Shown here: piece by piece, positions 55,232 through 64,000 of the stretch | How the letters are laid out: each line of letters starts with the position of its first letter | Numbering within the stretch: the first letter of the stretch is position 1 | Source: Thermodesulfovibrionales bacterium | GTDB lineage: Bacteria > Nitrospirota > Thermodesulfovibrionia > Thermodesulfovibrionales > SM23-35 | DNA: 64,000 nt | Direction of reading: 5' to 3' | NCBI GenBank assembly: GCA_049700155.1 | Contig: JBNAVX010000020.1 | Coordinates: 13,906 to 77,905, forward strand | Position numbers and translations under genes: made by a program | The notes under the pieces: model-generated | The model's database searches: none | Told to the model about the DNA's origin: nothing | Seen by the model: only the letters and a program-made list of their open reading frames with translations

Positions 55232-55822
55232 ATGATGAAAAAGGTATTGATTGTAATCATTAGTTTCGTATTAATTGCAATGACATATTCATGTAAGAAA
55301 AAAGAAGAGAAACCAGTTCCACAAGTTCCTGTTCAGCCTTTTCCACAGGCACCTATGCAAGCACCACAGATTCCCATGCAACCTCAACAGGTTCCAATGC
55401 AACCATCTCCTCAAGCACCACTACCTAAGATGCCATCAATTAAGACTAAAGTTATTATACCAGAAAGTGTCAAAGGCAAATGGAGTGCAGTAAAATTAAT
55501 TGTTACAGATAAAGTAACGAATAGCTCTCAGGAATATACTGTTAATCTCAACAGCGATTTTAAAATACCAAATTCAAATCTAAAGGTGCATGTAGGAGAA
55601 TTCCTGCCTGATTTCAAGATGCAAGGAGGCACTCTAACTTCTATCTCCAATGTCCCTAACAATCCTGCTGTTGAAGTAAGGGTATATGAAGGAAACAAAC
55701 AGATATTTCCTTCTCCCGGAAAACAATGGGGATGGCTATTTGCAAAGATGCCTAATGTTCACCCTCTTAGACATCCAAAATATAACATCAACCTGAAAGA
55801 AGGTATAGCAAAAAAGGGTTAA
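55232..55822 (+). CDS. Lipoprotein with a Pro/Gln-rich linker
   Basis: 196 aa. Signal peptide plus a lipobox-like MTYSC, followed by PQVPVQPFPQAPMQAPQIPMQPQQVPMQPSPQAPLP and a beta-rich C-terminal domain. A strong AGGAGG Shine-Dalgarno sequence lies upstream. Confidence 0.6.
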   Translation: MMKKVLIVIISFVLIAMTYSCKKKEEKPVPQVPVQPFPQAPMQAPQIPMQPQQVPMQPSPQAPLPKMPSIKTKVIIPESVKGKWSAVKLIVTDKVTNSSQEYTVNLNSDFKIPNSNLKVHVGEFLPDFKMQGGTLTSISNVPNNPAVEVRVYEGNKQIFPSPGKQWGWLFAKMPNVHPLRHPKYNINLKEGIAKKG

Positions 55823-55875
55823 TTTGATGAAATAATTCTTTAGTACACCTATATTTTTTTATAGAGAAGACTTTG

Positions 55876-56691
55876 TTATTCACAATTTATTCTTAAATGT
55901 TCATAGATTCTTTGGGCAAGCTTTAGTTGTGCTACTTCATCAAGCTCAAGACCACTCTCTAAAAGACCTATGTATTTATCCACCTCTTTATCTTCAATTC
56001 TTAACTCTTCAATCGTTTTTTCCTGATCTTTTATCTTCGTGTCTATCTCTGTGATTTTAAGATTTAGATTAAATCTCTTGTCAAAAAAAGAAAGAACTTG
56101 TTTTATAGCATAAAAGTCTTCAACTGGAGCTAAATAAAAAGGCACTTCCAACCATAGGCTCAGTCCCGGAATCTTTTTCCTTTGAGCTATCCATAACAGA
56201 AAACTACTTATTGCAGGGTGACCTTCCCATGTAAGCTCTTTTATATCATATAAATGGAGAACCTCTCTAAATTTTAAATGGTTAAAAACTCCGAATATCC
56301 TTCTTAGAGCAGTATGCGGTTTCTGAGCTATCATGCCATTGATAGTATATAGCTCTTTTATCTGACCAAAACGGACAGGGACATCTAAAATGTGATTCAA
56401 ATATTTATAGTGATAATAACTTGGTTGATCTGATTTAAAAATCACCAGATTTCTTGTCTGGTCATAAAAGAACCTGCTTTCAGGAAACTCTATACAATCA
56501 TCCTCAATAGCAACTCCATCCATAGAAAAAAACCCATTCGGTTCAATCTCATAAAAACTCTTACACAACAGTTTCTTATTTAAAAAATCTGTTACTTCAG
56601 GTGCAATCTTCCCTATATCACCATTCCAGCCTACAATAATAGACAGGTTTTCGTTTTCCGATTTAGTGGCATGTTCATATAACTCCTTCAT
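55876..56691 (-). CDS. PAC2 (proteasome assembly chaperone 2-like) family protein, paralog B, with a C-terminal coiled coil
   Basis: 271 aa. LSIIVGWNGDIGKIAPEVTDFL parallels the GW-x-G-x-G motif of PAC2 proteins. Its start overlaps the 3' end of the upstream paralog by 17 nt. Confidence 0.6.
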   Translation of the reverse strand: MKELYEHATKSENENLSIIVGWNGDIGKIAPEVTDFLNKKLLCKSFYEIEPNGFFSMDGVAIEDDCIEFPESRFFYDQTRNLVIFKSDQPSYYHYKYLNHILDVPVRFGQIKELYTINGMIAQKPHTALRRIFGVFNHLKFREVLHLYDIKELTWEGHPAISSFLLWIAQRKKIPGLSLWLEVPFYLAPVEDFYAIKQVLSFFDKRFNLNLKITEIDTKIKDQEKTIEELRIEDKEVDKYIGLLESGLELDEVAQLKLAQRIYEHLRINCE

Positions 56692-57592
56692 CTTTAGACC
56701 CTTTCAAAAATTCAGAAATCTCATCCCATAACCTTTTCTTATTTTCTTCGGTCATCGGCTCCAGCTTGGTCTCTTCCTGATAACCAAATTCCTTCAGTTT
56801 ATCAAGCCGTTCTTTAACTTCTGAGGGAAGTTTACTATAAATCTCCTCTATTTTCTTTTCTACATCTTTATAATCTTTATCAAATTGAATAAAATCAATC
56901 TCAATTTCAAAAATATTACTGAATATCTCCAATACAGATCTCGAAGCCTTAGGATATGGTAATGGCAATGCCTGAAAATATATCGGTATCTCACCCATTA
57001 AACATATACCTTTAAAACCTCTTTTTTTTGCAACGCCCAGTAAAAGCCCATTTAAGCCAGAAATAAAACCTTGACCACTTCTTCCTTCTATTTGTGACAT
57101 CAAAACAGTATTTGAATATTTTCTTATCTCTTTCAATAAACTTTTGTCATTTGGAACTGCCCACACCTTTGACCTCATTGTATGATGTATAAAACTCACA
57201 GCAGCTCCTGAGGTATAAATTCTCTCACAACCAAATTTTGAGGCTATGTCCAGAACAAAATTAGCCATCCTGTATGCTTCTTCACCTTGTGCATATCCTG
57301 ACGGTGTTCTTTTTGGCTGTTCCTCTCCGATAAAAAATATCAAATCATTTTTTTCTTTCCTCTTAAAATAGAATTTATTTGAAGGAAATTCAAGAGTTTC
57401 TAATAGACCATCTTTGATTATCACTTTTTTAGGATAAAAGAACTCCCAACTCTCAATCTCTCCAAATTCCTCAGCTTCTACTATTGACCTCAATGTATCA
57501 ACAGCAATAAGACCAATATTCCCAATTCCAGGCCAACCTACAACCATAACAGGATTCTTTAATTCTGGTTCTTTATATAACCTGATCCCCAT
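56675..57592 (-). CDS. PAC2 (proteasome assembly chaperone 2-like) family protein, paralog A
   Basis: 305 aa. ELKNPVMVVGWPGIGNIGLIAVDTL is the N-terminal PAC2 signature. The C-terminal tail is charged and helical. Confidence 0.7.
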   Translation of the reverse strand: MGIRLYKEPELKNPVMVVGWPGIGNIGLIAVDTLRSIVEAEEFGEIESWEFFYPKKVIIKDGLLETLEFPSNKFYFKRKEKNDLIFFIGEEQPKRTPSGYAQGEEAYRMANFVLDIASKFGCERIYTSGAAVSFIHHTMRSKVWAVPNDKSLLKEIRKYSNTVLMSQIEGRSGQGFISGLNGLLLGVAKKRGFKGICLMGEIPIYFQALPLPYPKASRSVLEIFSNIFEIEIDFIQFDKDYKDVEKKIEEIYSKLPSEVKERLDKLKEFGYQEETKLEPMTEENKKRLWDEISEFLKGSKDEGVI

Positions 57593-57817
57593 GTATTTTA
57601 ACCTCTAAAAGAATATACTAATATATTTTATCAAGAATATTGGAAGTAGCAAATCTTTTGAGGAGTAAATTATAACAATAAGGATCTTAAGCTTTAAATA
57701 CATCTTCTAAAACGTTTTTTTGATAATACAAAGGGAGTTTAAATTGTAGACCTACTAAAATTTTGCTACTTATACAATTGACGATTAACTATATTAAGTT
57801 TTAATATTACATTTACT

Positions 57818-59056
57818 ATGCTACAACCTGAAAAACAACTCGAACTCTTAAAGAGAGGCGCTATTGAGATAATCTCAGAGGATGAACTTCTGAGAAAACT
57901 TGAAAAGTCATTTAAAGAAAAAAGACCTCTTAAAGTTAAAGCAGGATTTGACCCTACAGCCCCTGACATACATTTAGGTCATACTGTTCTGCTTGAAAAA
58001 ATGAGACAATTTCAGGAACTTGGACATGAGGTTACATTTCTTATTGGTGATTTCACCGGAATGATAGGAGATCCAACCGGAAGGTCTGAGACAAGAGTCC
58101 CTTTAACAAAGGAAGATGTCCTGAAAAATGCCGAAACTTATAAAAAGCAGGTATTTAAGATTCTGGACCCTGAAAAGACACAGGTAAGGTTCAACAGCGA
58201 ATGGCTCGCAAACATGGGTGTAATGGAATTGATAAAACTTGGTACGATGCAGACAGTCGCGCGTATGCTTGAGAGAGAAGATTTTAAAAATAGATTCAAA
58301 GCCCAGCAGGATATAACAATCCTTGAATTTTACTATCCTTTATTTCAGGCATATGATTCTGTATATCTCAAATCCGATGTAGAAGTTGGCGGAACAGACC
58401 AGAAGTTTAATATGCTAATGGGAAGGACCATGCAGAGGAAGATGGGTATCGACGAACAGGTGATTATCTTAATGCCTTTACTTGAAGGACTTGATGGTAT
58501 TAATAAAATGAGCAAAAGTCTTGGTAATTATATCGGTATAACTGAATCGCCCGATGAGATGTATGGTAAATTGATGTCTATAAGTGATGAACTTATGCTC
58601 AGATACTATGAACTCCTCAGTCATATATCCTTAGAAGAGCTTAATTTACTAAAGGAAGGAATACAAGCTGGTAAGGTTCATCCAAAGATTGCTAAAGAAA
58701 ACCTTGCACTTGAAATTGTTGAAAGATACTGGGGTAAGGAAGAAGCTACAAAGGCAAAGGAGAAATTTGATCGAATCTTTAAAGAAAAAGGCTTGCCTGA
58801 TGAAATCCCTGAAGTAAAGATAATGCTATCACCTATAAAGAGTTCCGCAACTGGCAGAGCCAATATCAACTGGCTTCCTCAAATAATAAAGGATACCGGG
58901 CTTGCTAAAAGCACAAGCGAGGCAATTCGTCTCATCAAGCAGGGTGGCATAAAGCTAAATGGGAGTACTGTAACTGATACAAATATTATGCTCAAGCAGG
59001 GTGAACATATTATCCAGGTAGGTAAGAGAAAATTCTGCAAAGTAAAACTTGAATAA
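57818..59056 (+). CDS. tyrS: Tyrosyl-tRNA synthetase (type 2, with a C-terminal S4-like domain)
   Basis: 412 aa. PDIHLGH (HIGH motif), KMSKSLGN (KMSKS motif), and C-terminal [17 protein letters not shown]4 motif. Confidence 0.96.
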   Translation: MLQPEKQLELLKRGAIEIISEDELLRKLEKSFKEKRPLKVKAGFDPTAPDIHLGHTVLLEKMRQFQELGHEVTFLIGDFTGMIGDPTGRSETRVPLTKEDVLKNAETYKKQVFKILDPEKTQVRFNSEWLANMGVMELIKLGTMQTVARMLEREDFKNRFKAQQDITILEFYYPLFQAYDSVYLKSDVEVGGTDQKFNMLMGRTMQRKMGIDEQVIILMPLLEGLDGINKMSKSLGNYIGITESPDEMYGKLMSISDELMLRYYELLSHISLEELNLLKEGIQAGKVHPKIAKENLALEIVERYWGKEEATKAKEKFDRIFKEKGLPDEIPEVKIMLSPIKSSATGRANINWLPQIIKDTGLAKSTSEAIRLIKQGGIKLNGSTVTDTNIMLKQGEHIIQVGKRKFCKVKLE

Positions 59057-59135
59057 CAAAAATTATCCTTTATCTCATTGAGCTGAATGTATGTTATCTT
59101 TAAGATGACGTTTTTATGCAGGATACAGCTCTTAA

Positions 59136-59687
59136 TTATAGATGTCTCTTCGCAAGTTCCAGAAGGCCGTAAATTTTTAAATCAATAAGATTCCCTTCTG
59201 CTCTGAGAGCAGACAATCTATCATAAATCTCATTCATCGGTATTTTAAGCACCTCAATATCTTCTGCCTCATCTCTATTTCCTATGCCTTTGAATTCAAG
59301 GCTTTTTGCAAGAAAAGCAGTGAGAAGCTCACCAGAAGCACCCGACGAAAGTGGACCTTCTCCTATATAAACAATTTCTTTCGCAGAATAACCAGTTTCC
59401 TCAAGTAATTCTCTTCTTGCAACTTCTTCAAGTGTTTCTCCTTTTTCATTAAGACCAGCAGGGAATTCAATGACATATCTATTCACAGGTGGTCTAAACT
59501 GCCTTGTCAGTAAAACTTTCTTTTCATCAGTTACAGGTACAATAACAACAATCCCTTTGCAGTTGATCCTCTCAAATGATTCCCATTCTCTGATTGTACC
59601 AGTAGAATCAATATATTTTGTTATAATGCACCTGAGAAATCTCCCTTCCCATAAGGTCTTTTTTTCAATTATTCTTGCTTTTTCCAC
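59136..59687 (-). CDS. NUDIX hydrolase (ADP-ribose pyrophosphatase-like)
   Basis: 183 aa. GLNEKGETLEEVARRELLEETG is the Nudix box (GX5EX7REUXEEXGU). Confidence 0.88.
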   Translation of the reverse strand: MEKARIIEKKTLWEGRFLRCIITKYIDSTGTIREWESFERINCKGIVVIVPVTDEKKVLLTRQFRPPVNRYVIEFPAGLNEKGETLEEVARRELLEETGYSAKEIVYIGEGPLSSGASGELLTAFLAKSLEFKGIGNRDEAEDIEVLKIPMNEIYDRLSALRAEGNLIDLKIYGLLELAKRHL

Positions 59688-59842
59688 AATCTATCTTATT
59701 AGTTTTTTAATACAAATGATTTAAAATAGCTTTCATTACGAGGAGATCGAAAAAAAACGTCAAAAGAATCTCAAAAATCTTAAACTTTCTAAGTAAGTGT
59801 AATAAGATTGCTATGTCCTTCAGACTCACAATGGCAAAATAT

Positions 59843-61654
59843 TTATAACTCCCTATATAAGGGTATCTTAATTCGGAAGATAGTCGAATCACTATCAGTA
59901 AATACTTCTATATTTCCCTGCATGGATTCTATAAACCTATAGATAATGTTCAAACCCCTTCCTTTAACCTCTCCTTTTCTTATCTGCTCTATATTCTCCT
60001 CAGGGATTTTGCCTGTATTGCGGATCTCAAAACATGCCATATCATCACTCCTGTAACTCTTAATAGATAATTCTCCACCATCCTCAGGTATCGCCTTAGT
60101 AGCATTGTCAAGCAGATTGTCAATGACACGTTCAAGGGCAAAAGGATAACAATAGATGTACAAACCTCTCTCTAATCCATCCTGAAAAAGTTTAATATTT
60201 AATCTTCTCTGTTCCCTTATAGACTCTTCATTAATCCTGAAGCGACTCTTTAGCACTTCTGTTAGATCAACAACCCTCTCCCTACCCTCTATATCAGGAT
60301 AGATTGCTATTTCCTGCATACGGACTGCCTCACTAACAACAATATCAAGATATTCTAATATCTTTTCTTTTACTTTCCCAAAATCTTTTTCTTCAAGAAG
60401 TTTCTTTGCCCTCTTTGCAAAACCTGCAATCGCAATCCCGGGATTCTTGAAATCATGCAGAATATCATCAAGTTTTTCGATTCTTAGTGCCTTCATAATC
60501 TCCTTTCCAAAAAAACTTAGAAGTTCAATCTCCTGCTCCATAAACTCCTGACGTCTGTCTGTAGCATAAAAGACAAGAAAATAATTGACTTCCTTTCCGC
60601 CTTTAAGAGGTATTAAAAGAACAGAATTGACATTATGTTTTGAGGCATATCTTCTTAATTCTTCGTTTGACAATTCACTCCTGAGAGGGTCTTTAATCAA
60701 TATATAAGAGGAGTTGATCCTCTCATATTCATAATCACCATGTTTTTCAGTACCATTAATTAACACATCAAAATATGGATGTTCTTTTATTGCGAAGATG
60801 CATCCTTTATCATGGGTCTCCTGTCCTGGTGGATATTCAAGTTCAATCTGGACATGTTTTCTATCCTTACTTATATTAAACAGTGAACATGATTGTATAT
60901 TCATAATCCCTGCGAGTTCAGGAATCATGAGCTTGAAAACATCTTTCATCTTTATCCCTTCACGATGGCTGAGCTTTATAAAGATCTTTTCTACAATCTT
61001 TTCTTTCATAATATTGAGATTCTGAAGCTCGAGAATCCGCTTCTTTGCCAGTACATAACTTGCTCTTCTTGCAAGTAATTCAGCAGTTGTTACCTCAAGA
61101 GGATCAAACTCTTTGTCTATTTCTTTATAATATATCTGAATAGTTCCTTGGATGTTCGGTTTATTTTCAAGAAATCCTGGTATGCTTATAGGTACTGCCA
61201 TCAGGGAATTAAATCCATGTCTTTTTACGACATCCTTATCAAGATAATCAGGTTCTAAAAGTATATTAGGAACGAGGTAGCTTCTACCACTTTTTATGAC
61301 TTTTCCTGCTACTGACCTTTCAGCAGGTATATCCTTTAATCTCTCAGTCTCTGCATATTTATATGATCCGAATGCAACAAGTTTGTTAGTTTCAGGGTCA
61401 TAGATTCTGATTGTGGCAGCTTCTGCATGCAGAAATTCAACAACTTTATTTGCAACAGTCTCGAGGATTTCTTTCCATGACAGAGTTGGACTTATATTTA
61501 TCACATCCTCGACTGCTTTTATTACTTCTTCCACTTGAGCAGAAAGAAAATATTTTCTTATATATACTACGAGATCATTAATTTCTTTTACAGATAAATT
61601 ATATTTTGCAAGAATAGGATTAGATTTCAGATAATTTACTATTGTTTCATGCAT
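59843..61654 (-). CDS. Cytoplasmic sensor histidine kinase with tandem GAF-like domains
   Basis: 603 aa with no TM segment and two GAF-like regions. H-box LHDFKNPG, N-box DNLLDNATKA, G-box GRGLNI. No adjacent response regulator. Confidence 0.85.
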   Translation of the reverse strand: MHETIVNYLKSNPILAKYNLSVKEINDLVVYIRKYFLSAQVEEVIKAVEDVINISPTLSWKEILETVANKVVEFLHAEAATIRIYDPETNKLVAFGSYKYAETERLKDIPAERSVAGKVIKSGRSYLVPNILLEPDYLDKDVVKRHGFNSLMAVPISIPGFLENKPNIQGTIQIYYKEIDKEFDPLEVTTAELLARRASYVLAKKRILELQNLNIMKEKIVEKIFIKLSHREGIKMKDVFKLMIPELAGIMNIQSCSLFNISKDRKHVQIELEYPPGQETHDKGCIFAIKEHPYFDVLINGTEKHGDYEYERINSSYILIKDPLRSELSNEELRRYASKHNVNSVLLIPLKGGKEVNYFLVFYATDRRQEFMEQEIELLSFFGKEIMKALRIEKLDDILHDFKNPGIAIAGFAKRAKKLLEEKDFGKVKEKILEYLDIVVSEAVRMQEIAIYPDIEGRERVVDLTEVLKSRFRINEESIREQRRLNIKLFQDGLERGLYIYCYPFALERVIDNLLDNATKAIPEDGGELSIKSYRSDDMACFEIRNTGKIPEENIEQIRKGEVKGRGLNIIYRFIESMQGNIEVFTDSDSTIFRIKIPLYREL

Positions 61655-61779
61655 TGTATTCGTGTTATCTTTTAAACATCTTGAATAATATGGATTCTTT
61701 TTAGAATATATTAAAATTATGTTTTCTTCAATAATTATGACCTTGACTTTAAAAGTTCACCTATCCTATCATCAAAAAA

Positions 61780-62751
61780 ATGGAAGTTCAAGAGGTCTTC
61801 AAACTATACGAATCTGAGTTAAAATCAGTCGAAAACAGGCTGAAAGATTTATTCAGAAGCATAGCTTCTCCTGTTCCGTTAATAGGCAAACATCTTATAG
61901 AGAGCGGTGGAAAAAGATTGAGGCCGCTCTTACTCCTATTAAGTTCAGAGATATCTGGTTACAAAGGTGAGGCGCGATTAGACCTAGCCAGCATCATTGA
62001 ATCAATACATACCGCCTCACTCCTACATGATGATGTTGTCGATGGAGCTGAGATAAGAAGAGGGAAAATACCAGCACATTCAATATGGGGAAATCAGATC
62101 GTTATACTCGTAGGTGACTTTCTTTATGCAAATGCATTAAGGCTCGCTGTAATGTATAAAAATCAGAAAATAATGGAGGCACTTTCTTCGGCTACTACAA
62201 GTATGACAGAAGGAGAAATCCTACAACTTTCCAAGATAGGAGATCCAGATATAACCGAAGAAGAATATTTTAATATTATCTCTGCTAAAACAGGTGCCCT
62301 TATCTCTGCAGCATGTAGAATAGGAGCAATACTTGGTTCTCTACCTGAAGATAAAGAGAATGCTCTTTCATATTTTGGGATGAAAACAGGAATGGCTTTC
62401 CAGATGGCAGATGATATTCTTGATTATATGGCTGATGAAGGAAAACTCGGTAAACGTCTTGGAAAAGACTTAAAAGAAGGCAAGATTACCCTACCTATAA
62501 TCTATCTCTTAAAAGTTGCTTCTGATGAAGAGGTGAAAGAGATCAAAGACATTATTAATGATGATTTCAAACAGGATGATCTGAAGAGGATACAAGATCT
62601 CTTTAGAAAACATGATGTTCTTACCCTTTCTTTTAAAAAAGCACAAAAACTTGTATCTGACGCAAAAGCTGAACTTGAGATCTTTCCTCATTCTAAAGCA
62701 CGAGATGCATTATTTACAGTAGCTGATTATGTTCTCTTAAGGGGCAGATAA
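61780..62751 (+). CDS. Long-chain polyprenyl diphosphate synthase (IspB/HepT-like)
   Basis: 323 aa. [15 protein letters not shown] (first Asp-rich motif) and QMADDILD (second Asp-rich motif). Confidence 0.9.
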   Translation: MEVQEVFKLYESELKSVENRLKDLFRSIASPVPLIGKHLIESGGKRLRPLLLLLSSEISGYKGEARLDLASIIESIHTASLLHDDVVDGAEIRRGKIPAHSIWGNQIVILVGDFLYANALRLAVMYKNQKIMEALSSATTSMTEGEILQLSKIGDPDITEEEYFNIISAKTGALISAACRIGAILGSLPEDKENALSYFGMKTGMAFQMADDILDYMADEGKLGKRLGKDLKEGKITLPIIYLLKVASDEEVKEIKDIINDDFKQDDLKRIQDLFRKHDVLTLSFKKAQKLVSDAKAELEIFPHSKARDALFTVADYVLLRGR

Positions 62752-62753
62752 TA

Positions 62754-63260
62754 ATGCATCCTCTTGTTGAGCTTGCAAAGAAAAGTGTAGAAATATATAT
62801 AAAGGAAAAGAAGGTCATTGAGCCTCCTGAGTCTCTTCCTCCTGAATTGAGAGAAAAGGCTGGTGTATTTGTATGTATTAAGAAACACGGACAGCTCAGG
62901 GGATGTATCGGGACCTACATTCCATGTTGTGATAATGTAGCCCTTGAAACGATAAGGAATGCTATATGTGCTGCGACAAAAGATCCAAGGTTCAATATTG
63001 TCTCAGAAAAAGAACTAAAAGACCTTGAATATTCAGTTGATATACTTTCACCGCCTCAAAAAGTTACAGACCTTGGTGAACTTGATCCTAAAAAATATGG
63101 AATAATAATTGTGAGCGGGAATAAGAAAGGACTTCTTCTCCCTGACCTTGAAGGAGTCAATACTATTCAAGACCAGATAAGGATTGCGAGGATGAAAGCC
63201 TCTATAGAACCAGATGAAGATGCGGAAATCTATAAATTTGAGGTTAAAAGATATAAATGA
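62754..63260 (+). CDS. AMMECR1 domain protein
   Basis: 168 aa. [18 protein letters not shown] contains the conserved LRGCIG motif. Confidence 0.85.
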   Translation: MHPLVELAKKSVEIYIKEKKVIEPPESLPPELREKAGVFVCIKKHGQLRGCIGTYIPCCDNVALETIRNAICAATKDPRFNIVSEKELKDLEYSVDILSPPQKVTDLGELDPKKYGIIIVSGNKKGLLLPDLEGVNTIQDQIRIARMKASIEPDEDAEIYKFEVKRYK

Positions 63261-64000
63261 TAGAGATTCCTCTTAAAGGTAATATAAGGGAATTCAGCAT
63301 ACCAAAGGTCCTTCTATATTTAAACAGGAACAGAAAAACAGGTATTTTAATTATAAAAACCCAGACATTTACTAAAAAGGTCTTTATGGAAAAAGGAGAT
63401 GCCATCTTTGCTTCATCTACATACGAAGATGATAGATTGGGCGAGATGCTTGTTAAAGCAAAAAAAATAACGCTCCAGCAACTTGAGGAGTCTGTAGAAC
63501 TACTCAAATTAAGAAAAAAAAGGCAGGGTGCAATACTTGTAGAACTTGGTTATCTAACCCCAAAAGACCTCTTCTGGGGTGTTAAATATCAAGTAAAGGA
63601 AATAATCACCAGTCTTTTTACTCTCGACTATGCTGAATACAAATTTATTGAGGGAACCCTGCCTGAAGAAGTAATTACACTTAAAATGAGCATGGGGAAC
63701 CTTATATATGAAGGTATAAAAAAGATAAATAATCTTAATCTAATAATGAAAGAGATGAATATAAATTCTGTCTTAAAGCTCAGTACAGACCCCGTGAGTC
63801 TTTTTCAGGATATAGAACTTGATGAAAAAGACAAAAAACTGCTTTCAAGAATTGATGGAAAAAAGACTGTTAAAGAACTTGCTGACAGTTCTCCTGAGGG
63901 TTCTTTTGAGGCATTAAAAACTCTGTATGCCTTATGGTGTACCGGAACACTCGAAGAAAAAGTGGAGTTGCCTGAAAAGACAGAGGTACCATTAGATGAG
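63257..64000 (+). CDS. DUF4388/PATAN-like protein with a degenerate MshEN/T2SSE_N-like repeat; 3' end truncated by the window edge
   Basis: The ATG overlaps the AMMECR1 TGA (ATGA). [26 protein letters not shown] is the DUF4388 start motif. Residues 60-112 form a 24-5-24 RLG/RQG repeat. The ORF is open to position 64000 (248 codons) and is absent from the ORF track. Confidence 0.7.
   Translation, partial: MIEIPLKGNIREFSIPKVLLYLNRNRKTGILIIKTQTFTKKVFMEKGDAIFASSTYEDDRLGEMLVKAKKITLQQLEESVELLKLRKKRQGAILVELGYLTPKDLFWGVKYQVKEIITSLFTLDYAEYKFIEGTLPEEVITLKMSMGNLIYEGIKKINNLNLIMKEMNINSVLKLSTDPVSLFQDIELDEKDKKLLSRIDGKKTVKELADSSPEGSFEALKTLYALWCTGTLEEKVELPEKTEVPLDE

Noticed and set aside
55300-55440. Repetitive CCA/CAG-rich segment
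   Set aside because: It encodes the Pro/Gln-rich linker (PQVPVQPFPQAPMQAPQIPMQPQQVPMQPSPQAP) of the lipoprotein. The repeats are imperfect and in frame, and there is no spacer/repeat architecture.
57593-57817. Possible T-box riboswitch upstream of tyrS
   Set aside because: The region has no conserved T-box sequence (AATTAGGGTGGTACCGCG-like), no specifier-loop/AG-bulge architecture and no terminator/antiterminator pair. It is simply AT-rich.
1-64000. Search for CRISPR arrays, IS elements/transposases, integrases, prophage or known defence-system genes
   Set aside because: I noticed no direct-repeat/spacer arrays. No ORF shows transposase DDE, tyrosine/serine recombinase, restriction-modification, Cas, or phage structural signatures. 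The only traces of mobile DNA are the ParE relic, the BASS fragment, the tRNA-like minihelix and the palindromic element reported above.

Overview
This is a 64-kb chromosomal window from an AT-rich genome (roughly one-third GC by eye). The organism looks like a Gram-negative-type, probably anaerobic bacterium: it has Lpt/TolC/Tat envelope genes, Hyp hydrogenase-maturation genes and a 2-oxoacid:ferredoxin oxidoreductase subunit. The gene content is reminiscent of Thermodesulfovibrio/Nitrospirota-like lineages, but the taxon cannot be established from the sequence alone. About 70 tightly packed genes are present, many with overlapping stop/start codons.

Layout:
- 1-10.9 kb: minus-strand exopolysaccharide/glycan locus (RfbF fragment, CapD/WbpM-type dehydratase, PglC-type phosphoglycosyltransferase, DegT aminotransferase, J-domain membrane protein, Wzc-type tyrosine autokinase, Wza-type export protein, NusG/RfaH-type paralog, NDP-sugar dehydrogenase).
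- 11-20 kb: ruvBAC, gmhA, pdxA, glgP, an M28 peptidase, murA.
- 20-31 kb: psiE-like gene, an MBL hydrolase, an outer-membrane protein, then tatB-like/tatC with four coupled accessory genes (92-aa ORF, HEAT-repeat protein, HD-GYP, radical SAM/SPASM), two cupins and an orphan OFOR alpha subunit.
- 31-37 kb: TolC-MFP-MacB-type efflux operon ending in a macro-domain gene.
- 37-40 kb: lexA, a 79-aa ORF and dinB, flanked by two gene relics; then ribD.
- 41-47 kb: hypA, B, F, D, E.
- 47-64 kb: pdxJ, an eRF1/Pelota-like protein, an AI-2E transporter, lptCAB-rpoN-hpf-rapZ, tRNA-Ser, two tandem PAC2-family genes, tyrS, a NUDIX hydrolase, a GAF histidine kinase, a polyprenyl synthase, AMMECR1 and a DUF4388-like protein.

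I see no rRNA, CRISPR array, transposase, integrase or prophage genes.

Most interesting observations:
1. A complete two-repeat MshEN-type c-di-GMP-binding module is inserted in the linker of the CapD/WbpM dehydratase. A degenerate copy sits in the DUF4388-like protein, and an HD-GYP phosphodiesterase operon is coupled to tatC.
2. A bacterial eRF1/Pelota-like protein carries GGW in place of GGQ and a zinc ribbon, and is coupled to an AI-2E transporter.
3. The lexA unit has no Shine-Dalgarno sequence, a palindrome over its start region and a translationally coupled unknown 79-aa ORF. A ParE/RelE relic and a BASS-transporter relic flank dinB.
4. Two tandem PAC2 paralogs are translationally coupled.
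5. A GC-rich nested-hairpin element of about 90 nt lies at the break point of an orphaned OFOR operon.
6. A tRNA-like acceptor/T-arm minihelix lies at the edge of the polysaccharide locus.

All functional calls rest on motif recognition by eye in the supplied translations. No database searches were run.
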